Shown: piece after piece, positions 27,179-35,028 of the stretch
How positions within the stretch are numbered: the stretch's first letter is position 1
Layout of the letters: each line of letters begins with the position of its first letter
Assembly (NCBI GenBank): GCA_017961265.1
Contig: JAGCXN010000028.1
Coordinates: forward strand, 77,874-141,873
Direction: 5' to 3'
Length of the DNA stretch: 64,000 nt
From: Bacteroidales bacterium
GTDB taxonomy: Bacteria > Bacteroidota > Bacteroidia > Bacteroidales > WCHB1-69
Notes under the pieces: model-generated
What the model saw: only the letters and a program-made list of their open reading frames with translations
What the model was told of the DNA's origin: nothing
The model's database searches: none
Translations under genes and position numbers: made by a program

Positions 27179-27202
27179 AGAGACGTTTCATGAAACGTCT
27201 CT
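27179..27202. repeat. REP-like hairpin, GTAGAGACG family
   Basis: Palindrome AGAGACGTTTCA/TGAAACGTCTCT, 5 nt after the stop of the 530-aa gene. Confidence 0.85.
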
Positions 27203-27214
27203 GATTATTTGTTG

Positions 27215-27222
27215 TACCTTTG
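27215..27222 (+). promoter_or_regulatory. -7 promoter box TACCTTTG
   Basis: Ends 18 nt before ATG 27241 (TrmH-family methyltransferase). Confidence 0.55.
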
Positions 27223-27240
27223 CCGCCTAAAATTGAGATT

Positions 27241-28068
27241 ATGAATATTGTACGCATCACTGATCTGTCCGCCCCGGGAGTGGATGTGTTCTCCAAACTG
27301 ACGGAAACGCAGCTCCGCAATCGTCTGGATCCCGAAAAGGGGATTTTCATCGCGGAGAGTCCGAAGGTGATCAAGGTGGCGCTGGACGAAGGGTGCGAGC
27401 CGCTGGCGATGCTGATGGCGGAGCGCCACATCGAAGGCGACGCCCGCGAGCTGATTGCCCGTTGCGGCGACATCCCCATCTACACGGGCGAGGTGCCGAT
27501 GCTCTCCGAGCTGGCCGGTTACTGGCTGACCCGCGGGGTGCTTTGTGCGATGCGCCGCCCGAAGCCACGGACAGTGGAGGAGGTGTGCGACGGCGCCCAC
27601 CGTATCGTGGTGCTCGACAATGTGGTGGACAACACCAACGTCGGGGCCATCTTCCGCAGTGCCGCCGCCCTCGGCTTCGATGCGGTACTGCTGACGCCCA
27701 CAACCTGTGACCCGCTGAACCGGCGTACGGTGCGGGTGAGTATGGGTACGGTGTTCCAGATTCCGTGGGCGTACATCGGGACGGTGCATACCGACTGGCC
27801 CGACGCGGGTATGGAACGGCTCCGACGGCTCGGTTTCAAGACGGCAGCGATGGCATTGTCGGAAAATTCCGTTTCTATCGATGACCCGGCGTTGGCCTCG
27901 GAAGAGCGGCTGGCGGTGATTATGGGCACCGAGGGCGACGGCCTTTCGGCCCGCACCATCAACGGCTGCGACTATGTGGTGCGCATCCCGATGTTCCACA
28001 ACGTGTATTCCCTCAATGTGGCTGCAGCCTCTGCGGTCGCCTTCTGGCAGCTGCGGGCGCGGAGGTAA
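27241..28068 (+). CDS. TrmH/SpoU family RNA 2'-O-methyltransferase
   Basis: SpoU motifs VVDNTNVGAIFRSAAALG, VIMGTEGDGLS, RIPMFHNVYSLNVAAASAVAFW. ATG 27241 lies 18 nt after a TACCTTTG box. The TTG at 27220 would lie inside that box. Confidence 0.8.
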   Translation: MNIVRITDLSAPGVDVFSKLTETQLRNRLDPEKGIFIAESPKVIKVALDEGCEPLAMLMAERHIEGDARELIARCGDIPIYTGEVPMLSELAGYWLTRGVLCAMRRPKPRTVEEVCDGAHRIVVLDNVVDNTNVGAIFRSAAALGFDAVLLTPTTCDPLNRRTVRVSMGTVFQIPWAYIGTVHTDWPDAGMERLRRLGFKTAAMALSENSVSIDDPALASEERLAVIMGTEGDGLSARTINGCDYVVRIPMFHNVYSLNVAAASAVAFWQLRARR

Positions 28069-28167
28069 AGACCTGCAATTCATGTAATTATTAGGTGACG
28101 ACTATGTTTCTTCATTCCTATTTTCAGACCGCCTTTAAATTTGTATGGCCTTTATAAACTTTTGTTG

Positions 28168-28175
28168 TATCTTTG
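28168..28175 (+). promoter_or_regulatory. -7 promoter box TATCTTTG
   Basis: Ends 79 nt before ATG 28255 (PEGA-like lipoprotein). Confidence 0.5.
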
Positions 28176-28254
28176 CCACCGATTTTGACAATTCATCAAC
28201 ACAATAATATTTAAAACCGAAGGGCCGGATGGAATATAACACGGCAAAAAGAGA

Positions 28255-28941
28255 ATGAAGAAAAATTTGTTAGTGCTTGTTATTGCAATATTTGTGTTGG
28301 CATTCTGTTCGTCATCGATATTTGCACAAACGAAGACTATTTTTGTTACCCCTGAAACTGCCAAAATTTACTACAATGGACACGAGGTGGGAAACGGAAC
28401 ATATCAAATTAAATTCAAGAAAAAAGAGGATTTTGCAGTTTTAAAATTTGAAGCTCCAGGATATATACCAAGAACTGTAAAACTATTCAGAAACAATCCG
28501 AAAAACACAATTTCTTATGAATTGTTTGCAGATGAAGCAATGTTGAATTCTGTAGGGGCCGAAGAAGGGATGGATTTAGCAAACAAATTGTTTTCAATAA
28601 CGTGCAAAAAGGAAATGACAGAAGATATTGCATGGAAACGACTCATGAACATTGCAATAAATCATTTTGAAAATGTAGAAGTAAGAGACAAAGAGGCAGG
28701 TTGGATTAAAACAGGATGGGTGAATACCACATTCGCTTATCAGATTGTAAGAACTCGGATGGAAGTCAGACTTCAATTCACAGGTGAAAATGAACTTTCA
28801 TATACGGTAAGAATTTACTCTGAAATAGCAGATAGAGATTGTGGAACGGACGATCAGTGCTTTGCCAGATATGATAGAGTTCTTAAAAAATTCGAAACGG
28901 TTATTTCCGAATTGCAAACATCTTTAGGTAGTAATTTTTAA
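28255..28941 (+). CDS. hypothetical lipoprotein with PEGA-like N-terminal domain
   Basis: 228-aa ORF. Lipobox-like LAFC in the signal peptide, PEGA-like IYYNGHEVGNGTYQIKF...FEAPGYIPRTV. AT-rich gene. Confidence 0.5.
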   Translation: MKKNLLVLVIAIFVLAFCSSSIFAQTKTIFVTPETAKIYYNGHEVGNGTYQIKFKKKEDFAVLKFEAPGYIPRTVKLFRNNPKNTISYELFADEAMLNSVGAEEGMDLANKLFSITCKKEMTEDIAWKRLMNIAINHFENVEVRDKEAGWIKTGWVNTTFAYQIVRTRMEVRLQFTGENELSYTVRIYSEIADRDCGTDDQCFARYDRVLKKFETVISELQTSLGSNF

Positions 28942-28952
28942 TCCCCCATTTT

Positions 28953-29543
28953 ATGAAAAGATTCATTACATGTTTAATCGCTGTTTTAGTGATAACTAAC
29001 ATTTCTGCGCAAAATAAAATGTCGATTAGAGAGACATTTGAGAGCAACAAATGGCAATGGGATGAGTTCTATGAGAAGTCTCGTTCTGCAGGTATAGAAG
29101 ATGGTTTTCTTGTGATAAAGAACAGTGAAGGGAATGCTCGAAGTGTGGTGGAATTTCCTGTTGATGTGGATAGGAGCTTTAAAATCACTTGGAATTTTTT
29201 GCCAGAACGAGTCAGCTCCCACAACTGGTTCGGTGTAGTGTATAACTATGATGACGAGAATAATTTTAACTGCTTCCTCATACAGGAAAAGAAGTTTATG
29301 ATAATTAATAGGGTGAATGGCGTGTCAAGCATAAGCCGTCAAGGAGGGATTATATTAAAATCTGGTAAAAATAAAGAAGTGATAGTAGAAATGGAGAAAA
29401 AAGGAAACAAACTTATTTTTACTGTTGATAATATGGAGGTTATTTCTATAACCAAAGCATTGAAATGTAATACTTTTGGATGCTGTATCTATGGAGACGG
29501 CACCCTTAAAGTAGATGAGGTCTTATTGGAACAAGCCAGATAA
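28953..29543 (+). CDS. hypothetical secreted protein (possible ConA/LamG-like jelly-roll)
   Basis: 196-aa ORF with signal peptide MKRFITCLIAVLVITNISAQ. No catalytic motif recognised. AT-rich gene, 11 nt after the previous one. Confidence 0.45.
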   Translation: MKRFITCLIAVLVITNISAQNKMSIRETFESNKWQWDEFYEKSRSAGIEDGFLVIKNSEGNARSVVEFPVDVDRSFKITWNFLPERVSSHNWFGVVYNYDDENNFNCFLIQEKKFMIINRVNGVSSISRQGGIILKSGKNKEVIVEMEKKGNKLIFTVDNMEVISITKALKCNTFGCCIYGDGTLKVDEVLLEQAR

Positions 29544-29575
29544 AAAGAAGCAAACCGTATTTAGTTTGCTTCCTC
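29544..29575. terminator. hairpin between convergent genes; T-run only on the minus strand (likely der terminator)
   Basis: GAAGCAAAC-CGTATTTA-GTTTGCTTC. On the minus strand it is followed by TTTTTA. Confidence 0.45.
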
Positions 29576-29643
29576 ACGACGGGTTTTACCCGAACCACTT
29601 CATAATTAATTTCGCTTTTGCGCTAGTTCTTCAGAACTAGGCT

Positions 29644-30948
29644 CTACTTCTGTCTGAAATAAATTTCAATCGGCACGCCGTGGAAGTCCCACTTTTCGCG
29701 GATGCGGTTCTCCAAGTACCGTTTGTAGGAGTCCTTCACATACTGCGGGAGGTTGCAGAAGAAGGCGAAGGAGGGCGTGGCGGTCGGCAGCTGCGTCACG
29801 AACTTGATACGGATGACCTTGTCTCGGTTGATGGGGGGCGGCGTGGCCTGAATCAGCGGGAGCAAGTAGTCGTTGAGCTCGGAGGTCGGAATGCGGCGCT
29901 GCCGGTTCTTATGTACCTGTATGGCTGTATCTAACACTTTGTAAATCCGCTGCTTGTTGATGACGGAGGTGAAGATGATCGGCACGTCGTCGAACGGCTC
30001 AATACGCTGCCGCACCAGCTGCTCGTACTGGTCGTGGGTCTTGTTGTCCTTCTCGATGAGGTCCCACTTGTTCATCACCACGACGATGCCCTTCTTGTTG
30101 CGGGCACAAAGGCTGAAGATGTTGAGGTCCTGCGCGTCGAAGCCGTTGGAGGCGTCGCACATCAGGATGCAGACGTCGCTGTTCTCGATGGCACGGACGG
30201 CCCGCATCACGGAGTAGAACTCAAGGTTCTCTTCCACCTTCTTCTTTTTGCGGAGGCCCGCCGTATCCACAAGGTAGAAATCAAAACCGAAACCGGTGTA
30301 GCGGGTGAAGATACTGTCGCGGGTGGTGCCGGCGATGGGGGTGACGATGTGCCGGTCCTCGCCGAGAAAGGTGTTGATAATGGAAGACTTGCCCACGTTG
30401 GGCTTTCCAACCACCGTAATTTTCGGCAGTTCATCAATGATATGGTCTTCCTCTTTGGTGAAGTGTTTGACAACGGCATCTAACAAGTCACCGGTGCCGC
30501 CGCCCGAAACGGCGGAAATTGGGAAAAGTTCATCCACGCCAAGGGCATAGAACTCACTATAGTCGAAGAAGTTGGAAGGACTGTCTATCTTATTGACGGC
30601 AAGATAGAAAGGTTTCTTGGAACGGCGCAGCACGGCAGCGATTTCTTCGTCCAGAGGGGAAAGTCCCTCGCGACCATCCACCACGAGCACGATGACGTCC
30701 GACTCGTCGATAGCGAGAGCGGCCTGTTTGCGGATTTCAGCTTCGAAGATGTCGGTGGAGCCGACCACGTAACCACCAGTGTCGATGACGGAAAATTCGT
30801 AGCCGTTCCAGTCGGACTTGCCGTAGTTGCGGTCGCGAGTCACGCCAGCGATGGAGTCCACGATGGCCTCGCGGCTCTGTGTCAGTCTGTTAAAAAGTGT
30901 CGATTTCCCGACATTCGGTCGTCCGACCAAAGAGAGTATGTTGCTCAT
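29644..30948 (-). CDS. der: ribosome biogenesis GTPase Der (EngA)
   Basis: 434-aa ORF with two tandem GTPase domains (GRPNVGKSTLFNRL...DTGG...NKID and GKPNVGKSSIIN...DTAG...NKWD) plus a KH-like C-terminus. Confidence 0.95.
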   Translation of the reverse strand: MSNILSLVGRPNVGKSTLFNRLTQSREAIVDSIAGVTRDRNYGKSDWNGYEFSVIDTGGYVVGSTDIFEAEIRKQAALAIDESDVIVLVVDGREGLSPLDEEIAAVLRRSKKPFYLAVNKIDSPSNFFDYSEFYALGVDELFPISAVSGGGTGDLLDAVVKHFTKEEDHIIDELPKITVVGKPNVGKSSIINTFLGEDRHIVTPIAGTTRDSIFTRYTGFGFDFYLVDTAGLRKKKKVEENLEFYSVMRAVRAIENSDVCILMCDASNGFDAQDLNIFSLCARNKKGIVVVMNKWDLIEKDNKTHDQYEQLVRQRIEPFDDVPIIFTSVINKQRIYKVLDTAIQVHKNRQRRIPTSELNDYLLPLIQATPPPINRDKVIRIKFVTQLPTATPSFAFFCNLPQYVKDSYKRYLENRIREKWDFHGVPIEIYFRQK

Positions 30949-30997
30949 TTAGGGTACAGGGGTTAGGGTATAGGGGTTAGTAAATAGGGTATAGTAG
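30949..30997 (+). repeat. 7-nt-periodic array (TTAGGGT/ATAGGGG) with G-quadruplex motif
   Basis: ttagggt acagggg ttagggt atagggg ttagtaa atagggt atagtag. Starts right after the der start codon complement. Confidence 0.85.
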
Positions 30998-31020
30998 AGA
31001 CACGATGAATCGCGTCTCTA
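30995..31020. repeat. REP-like hairpin, GTAGAGACG family
   Basis: TAGAGACACG-ATGAAT-CGCGTCTCTA (a G-U pair when read on the minus strand). Lies 8 nt after the yicC-family stop on the minus strand. Confidence 0.8.
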
Positions 31021-31027
31021 TATTGTT

Positions 31028-31900
31028 TTACAACACGTTTGCCAGTTGTTCTTTTAATTTTTCGACCTCGTCCTTCATTTTGACGACAATCTGCTGGATG
31101 TTGAAGTCGCAGGCTTTAGAGCCAGTAGTGTTGACCTCGCGGCCCATCTCCTGAACTATGAAACCAAGTTTCTTGCCTTTCGACTCAGGCTCATTCATCG
31201 TTTCGAGGAAATAGTTGCAATGCTTGCGCAGACGCACCTTCTCTTCGGTGATGTCCAATTTTTCGATGTAGAAAATCATCTCTTGTTCGAGGCGGTTGGG
31301 GTCGTACTGTCCTTTCTGACGCAAGTCTTCTAAGCCTTTTTCAAATTTTTCGCGCTGTGCGACGATACGTTGTTTTTCAAACGGTGTGATTTCGTCAATG
31401 AGGGAATCGATGAGGCGAACGCGCTTTTCGAAGTCGGCGGCGAGGGCTACACCTTCGCTGATGCGGAACTGGTCAAGCTTGTCGCATGCTTCCGAGATGG
31501 CGTTGACCGCCGCCTCCCAGAGGTCGTCAGGAAGCTCCTCACGGGGTGTGGTGACCACATCGGGCATCCGCAGAATCTGCGTGAAGATGTCGCTCTCCAC
31601 GGGGTTGTCCAATTCTTTCGAGAGGATGTTCAGTTCCCGAAAATAAGCCGCTGCCAGCTCCTTGTTGATGCTGATGGAAGGAGCCTCGTTCTTCTCCACA
31701 TAGATGGAAAAATCCACTTTTCCCCGCTCAATGCGCTGTGCGAGAAGGCTGCGGATTTCGTTTTCTTTATCTCTGAAAAGAGGGGCGATGCGGGCGTTCA
31801 AATCCAGCTGTTTGCTGTTCAACGACCTGATTTCCACCACGATATTTTTGGAATGGGAATTGAAGTCCACCTTTCCAAAGCCTGTCATTGACTTGATCAT
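31028..31900 (-). CDS. YicC family stress-induced protein
   Basis: 290-aa ORF. Characteristic N-terminus MIKSMTGFG and C-terminal EVNTTGSKA / EQLANVL blocks. Confidence 0.85.
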   Translation of the reverse strand: MIKSMTGFGKVDFNSHSKNIVVEIRSLNSKQLDLNARIAPLFRDKENEIRSLLAQRIERGKVDFSIYVEKNEAPSISINKELAAAYFRELNILSKELDNPVESDIFTQILRMPDVVTTPREELPDDLWEAAVNAISEACDKLDQFRISEGVALAADFEKRVRLIDSLIDEITPFEKQRIVAQREKFEKGLEDLRQKGQYDPNRLEQEMIFYIEKLDITEEKVRLRKHCNYFLETMNEPESKGKKLGFIVQEMGREVNTTGSKACDFNIQQIVVKMKDEVEKLKEQLANVL

Positions 31901-31933
31901 AACAACTTCTTTTCTTACAAAATTTTAGGGCTG

Positions 31934-31941
31934 CAAAGGTA
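31934..31941 (-). promoter_or_regulatory. -7 promoter box TACCTTTG (minus strand)
   Basis: 33 nt upstream of the yicC-family ATG (31900). Confidence 0.55.
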
Positions 31942-31944
31942 CAA

Positions 31945-31981
31945 AAAAGTTGCGACAATATACCAGCCGCATATTGTCGCA
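31945..31981 (-). terminator. intrinsic terminator after the GH53-like gene
   Basis: 11-bp stem TGCGACAATAT/ATATTGTCGCA (31951-31981). On the minus strand it is followed by ACTTTTTTG, which runs into the yicC promoter box. Confidence 0.75.
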
Positions 31982-32029
31982 ACATACCCTATTTCCAACT
32001 TTGTGAAAATGGGGTGAATTCAGGGAAAG

Positions 32030-33757
32030 CTACTTTTCAAGAAGTTCCTTGTGGTTTTGCAGGATGGTTTTTGCCGTGCCCACCTTGTTGGAGAACTCGA
32101 ACATTGCCATTGCATACCAGCCTTCGTAATCGGGTGCCCAGTAGCGGATGCCGGCCATGCCGTTCTCTTTGCCCCAGGCAATCACATCGGCGTAGAGATT
32201 GGCTTGCCCCTGCTGGTCTTTTTTATAGCCTTTCAGTTTTTTGTTCCAGCCGGCAAAAGGACCATCCATCTTGCCCGACGGATAGGAGAACTCACCGATG
32301 AAGACGGGAAGGTCGCACTTCTGGTTGATCTTGGCGACGGTTTTCTTCAGGAGTTTCTTTCTGTTCGACATGGAGGGTGCACTCGGATAGTAGCTGATGC
32401 CGGCCACGTCCATCTCATACCCGTTGTCTTTCATGTAATTGAAGAACTTCACACTGCATTTGGCCGGGAAAACCACAGTGGCGACATGGGTGGAGAATTT
32501 GACCAAGGAATCACTGATACCCAATTTGGCGTAGGCGCTCAAAACGCCTCTTTTCACAGCGGCATAGGCGGGTGCATCGTACTGCCATACGTGCTTCTTA
32601 AGCCACCATATCGAGAAGGCCGGAGCCAGATACCGCTTGAGATTCGAAGCCTTTGCCAGTTTGGGATTTACGGCGGTTTTTGCCCCAATGCCGATACCGG
32701 CAAAACAGAAGTTTGCCTCGTTGCCAAGGTTCCAGTTATTGACGGTGCAACCCGTGTTCAAAATCGACTCGGCGACAAAAGCGCCGTACGCCTCTAAAAC
32801 CGTGCAAATTTCGTCGAGAGTCAGCTCACTCCAATCCTTCCCCTGTTGCAGGGCATAAATTTCGGGATATTCCTGGAAACGCGGACCCTGAGAATTCATC
32901 ATATCCATGTAGGTGTAAGCGCACATAATTTCCGGATTGATGGGGATATCGAGTTCGGCCGCAATCTGGCACAGACGGATGGCCTGGTCGAAGGTGTGGA
33001 CGTTGGCATTCTCGTCCTCTACGCCGTCAACCGTGTTCTCGGCAGTGACGTGGCGTTTGGTGGCGATACGGACGTACATCTCCGTGGAACCGAGATCGCG
33101 GTAAATTTGTTGCAACTCCTCAGGAGTCGAAGCGGTCCGTCCGTTAACATTGAAGCTGTAGCCCTGCTCAAACTGATTCAGCGAGAAGGGACTCAGCGAA
33201 AGGGCGACACGGAAAGGCTCGTTATTCTCCGCCACCACGGGTTTCTTCTTCTCCACAGCTTCATCATTTTCTTCGGATTCTTCCATTTGGGCATAATAGA
33301 CCGTCCCGTTACTACCTGTCCCGCTGGTGGTGATATGGGAATTTTCCTGAGAAGTTTGTGGAGACAACGCATGCGTTGTCTTTACAATACCCCCCACATA
33401 TTCAATGCTGTTGCCGTTTCCGCCTCCGTTGCAGATCATCTTGATGGATGATGTCTGGCCATTCTGGCGGGCGGTCAGGACGTAGGTACCGGGTGTGGCG
33501 AGGGTAATACGGAATTGGTGAACGCCCAGTTGGGGAGAATAATTATTCGTCCCAACAACCATACGCCCGTTGATATCGGCGATTTCCATCGTTACCGTTC
33601 CGGCCTCCGTTGTTGTCAGGTAAACGTCGGTGGTGCCATTAAACGGGTTGGGGGTGTTTTGCGACAATTGTACATCGTGCCCCGTAAGGGTGACAGATTG
33701 TGCCACAGCGCAGAAACACAGCAGCGCCAGCAACGAAAATGCAAAGATTTTTTTCAT
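32030..33757 (-). CDS. secreted clan GH-A glycoside hydrolase, GH53 (endo-beta-1,4-galactanase)-like, with N-terminal T9SS-CTD/FlgD-Ig-like module
   Basis: 575-aa ORF with a signal peptide. Blocks in GH53-like order: WNLGNE (acid/base), GISYYPS, VFIGEFSYP (nucleophile), GIRYWAPDY. N-terminal residues ~21-112 match the T9SS sorting-domain pattern. Confidence 0.55.
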   Translation of the reverse strand: MKKIFAFSLLALLCFCAVAQSVTLTGHDVQLSQNTPNPFNGTTDVYLTTTEAGTVTMEIADINGRMVVGTNNYSPQLGVHQFRITLATPGTYVLTARQNGQTSSIKMICNGGGNGNSIEYVGGIVKTTHALSPQTSQENSHITTSGTGSNGTVYYAQMEESEENDEAVEKKKPVVAENNEPFRVALSLSPFSLNQFEQGYSFNVNGRTASTPEELQQIYRDLGSTEMYVRIATKRHVTAENTVDGVEDENANVHTFDQAIRLCQIAAELDIPINPEIMCAYTYMDMMNSQGPRFQEYPEIYALQQGKDWSELTLDEICTVLEAYGAFVAESILNTGCTVNNWNLGNEANFCFAGIGIGAKTAVNPKLAKASNLKRYLAPAFSIWWLKKHVWQYDAPAYAAVKRGVLSAYAKLGISDSLVKFSTHVATVVFPAKCSVKFFNYMKDNGYEMDVAGISYYPSAPSMSNRKKLLKKTVAKINQKCDLPVFIGEFSYPSGKMDGPFAGWNKKLKGYKKDQQGQANLYADVIAWGKENGMAGIRYWAPDYEGWYAMAMFEFSNKVGTAKTILQNHKELLEK

Positions 33758-33801
33758 AAAATATTGGTTTTAATTATGTAATTTGCAAACAAATACGGAT
33801 G

Positions 33802-33809
33802 CAAAAGTA
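33802..33809 (-). promoter_or_regulatory. -7 promoter box TACTTTTG (minus strand)
   Basis: 44 nt upstream of the GH53-like gene ATG (33757). Confidence 0.55.
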
Positions 33810-33855
33810 CATTTTTTCCGGTACCCTCGCTGTCGTCAGAGTGGCAAATATTGTT

Positions 33856-33876
33856 CTATTTTCCATATTGGAATAG
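33856..33876. promoter_or_regulatory. imperfect inverted repeat between divergent GH53-like and AraC promoters (candidate operator)
   Basis: CTATTTTCCATATTGGAATAG: arms CTATT/AATAG and TTCCA/TGGAA. Confidence 0.3.
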
Positions 33877-33948
33877 GATGAAAAAGATAGTCTTAATAAA
33901 AAGTAAAATATTTTTTTGAAAAGGATAGAGTGTATTTGAAAAAAAGTG

Positions 33949-33956
33949 TACTTTTG
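33949..33956 (+). promoter_or_regulatory. -7 promoter box TACTTTTG
   Basis: Ends 73 nt before AraC-family ATG 34030. Confidence 0.55.
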
Positions 33957-33967
33957 CCGCGAATCCC

Positions 33968-34020
33968 CCTTAGGTGGAATATACTAAGGCTCGCCCACTT
34001 TCAATAGTGGGCTTAATTTT
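33968..34020 (+). promoter_or_regulatory. structured leader of the AraC-family gene: two hairpins, the second terminator-like
   Basis: CCTTAG-N10-CTAAGG (33968-33989), then GCCCACT-TTCAAT-AGTGGGC (33993-34012) followed by TTAATTTTTT. It ends 10 nt before the ATG. Confidence 0.4.
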
Positions 34021-34029
34021 TTGCAAATA

Positions 34030-34953
34030 ATGAGTAAACAGCGTGTTGCTAATCATATAAAAGATAATTCCTCCTCCCACGAGCTCCCCGTTTTGCGGGA
34101 AGTTGACAACACCACCAGCCAGACTCGCCTCGGTGATGAGCTACGGCTTGCCGTCATTGAAGGTTCGGCGATGTCGCTGCCGGAGTATTTCCAGACTGCC
34201 GAATATGCTTTAAACCTACTCGTGCGCGGACGAATTACCGCCACCCTAAACCACCAGCGGTACGAACTGGAAGCTCCCTGTTTTTCGTCCATCCTCATCA
34301 ACCAGCCCATCCAAGTGGTGAAAACGAGTGACGACCACCTGCAGTATGTGCTGGGGTTTTCGCCGCATTTCGGTGAGGACCTTCATCTGAACCTGTCGGG
34401 GGAAGCGCACATACGGGCGTATATGCGGCCCGTCTTTCCGCTGACAGAACAGCAGATGCGGGTGGCCCTGCACTACTTCGACCTGCTGCATGAGGTGATA
34501 CAGACTCCGGACATTGGCAATGCCCGCGAGGTGGCGCTCGACCTTGTGCGCTCGATGGCCCATTACGTTTACGGATTTTACGACAAGTCTTTCTCCCAAC
34601 TGCACTCACTGTCCCGACCGGAAGAGCTGGCAGGGCAGTTCCTCGCTTTAGTTGAACGGCACTGCTGCGAGCACCATTCCATAGACTGGTACGCCGCCGA
34701 GATGTGCCTCACTCCCAAGTACATCGCCAACGTGGTAAAGCAGGTCACGGGACGGAGTTCGGGCGAGTGCATCGCCTACAACCTCATCCGGCAGGCCAAG
34801 TCGCTGTTGCTGACCACCACTTTGCCGGTGCAGCAGATTGCCGACCGCCTCGGCTTCCGCAACCAAAGCCACTTCGGCACCTTCTTTCGCCGTGAGGTGG
34901 GGGCGGGTCCGAAAACATTTAGGGAAAAGGGCGGCAGTTTTTTAGCATCTTAA
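34030..34953 (+). CDS. AraC family transcriptional regulator
   Basis: C-terminal double helix-turn-helix (LTPKYIANVVKQVTGRS...IADRLGFRNQSHFGTFFRREVG). ATG 34030 preferred over the TTG at 34021. Confidence 0.85.
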   Translation: MSKQRVANHIKDNSSSHELPVLREVDNTTSQTRLGDELRLAVIEGSAMSLPEYFQTAEYALNLLVRGRITATLNHQRYELEAPCFSSILINQPIQVVKTSDDHLQYVLGFSPHFGEDLHLNLSGEAHIRAYMRPVFPLTEQQMRVALHYFDLLHEVIQTPDIGNAREVALDLVRSMAHYVYGFYDKSFSQLHSLSRPEELAGQFLALVERHCCEHHSIDWYAAEMCLTPKYIANVVKQVTGRSSGECIAYNLIRQAKSLLLTTTLPVQQIADRLGFRNQSHFGTFFRREVGAGPKTFREKGGSFLAS

Positions 34954-34979
34954 CGTAGTCCCATTTTTAATTTTTTTTT

Positions 34980-34987
34980 TACTTTTG
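34980..34987 (+). promoter_or_regulatory. -7 promoter box TACTTTTG
   Basis: Preceded by a T-run. Ends 41 nt before ATG 35029 (Omp85-like). Confidence 0.55.
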
Positions 34988-35028
34988 CAACTTCAAAAAT
35001 GAAGATTGGAAACTAAATCTTTCAGTAA

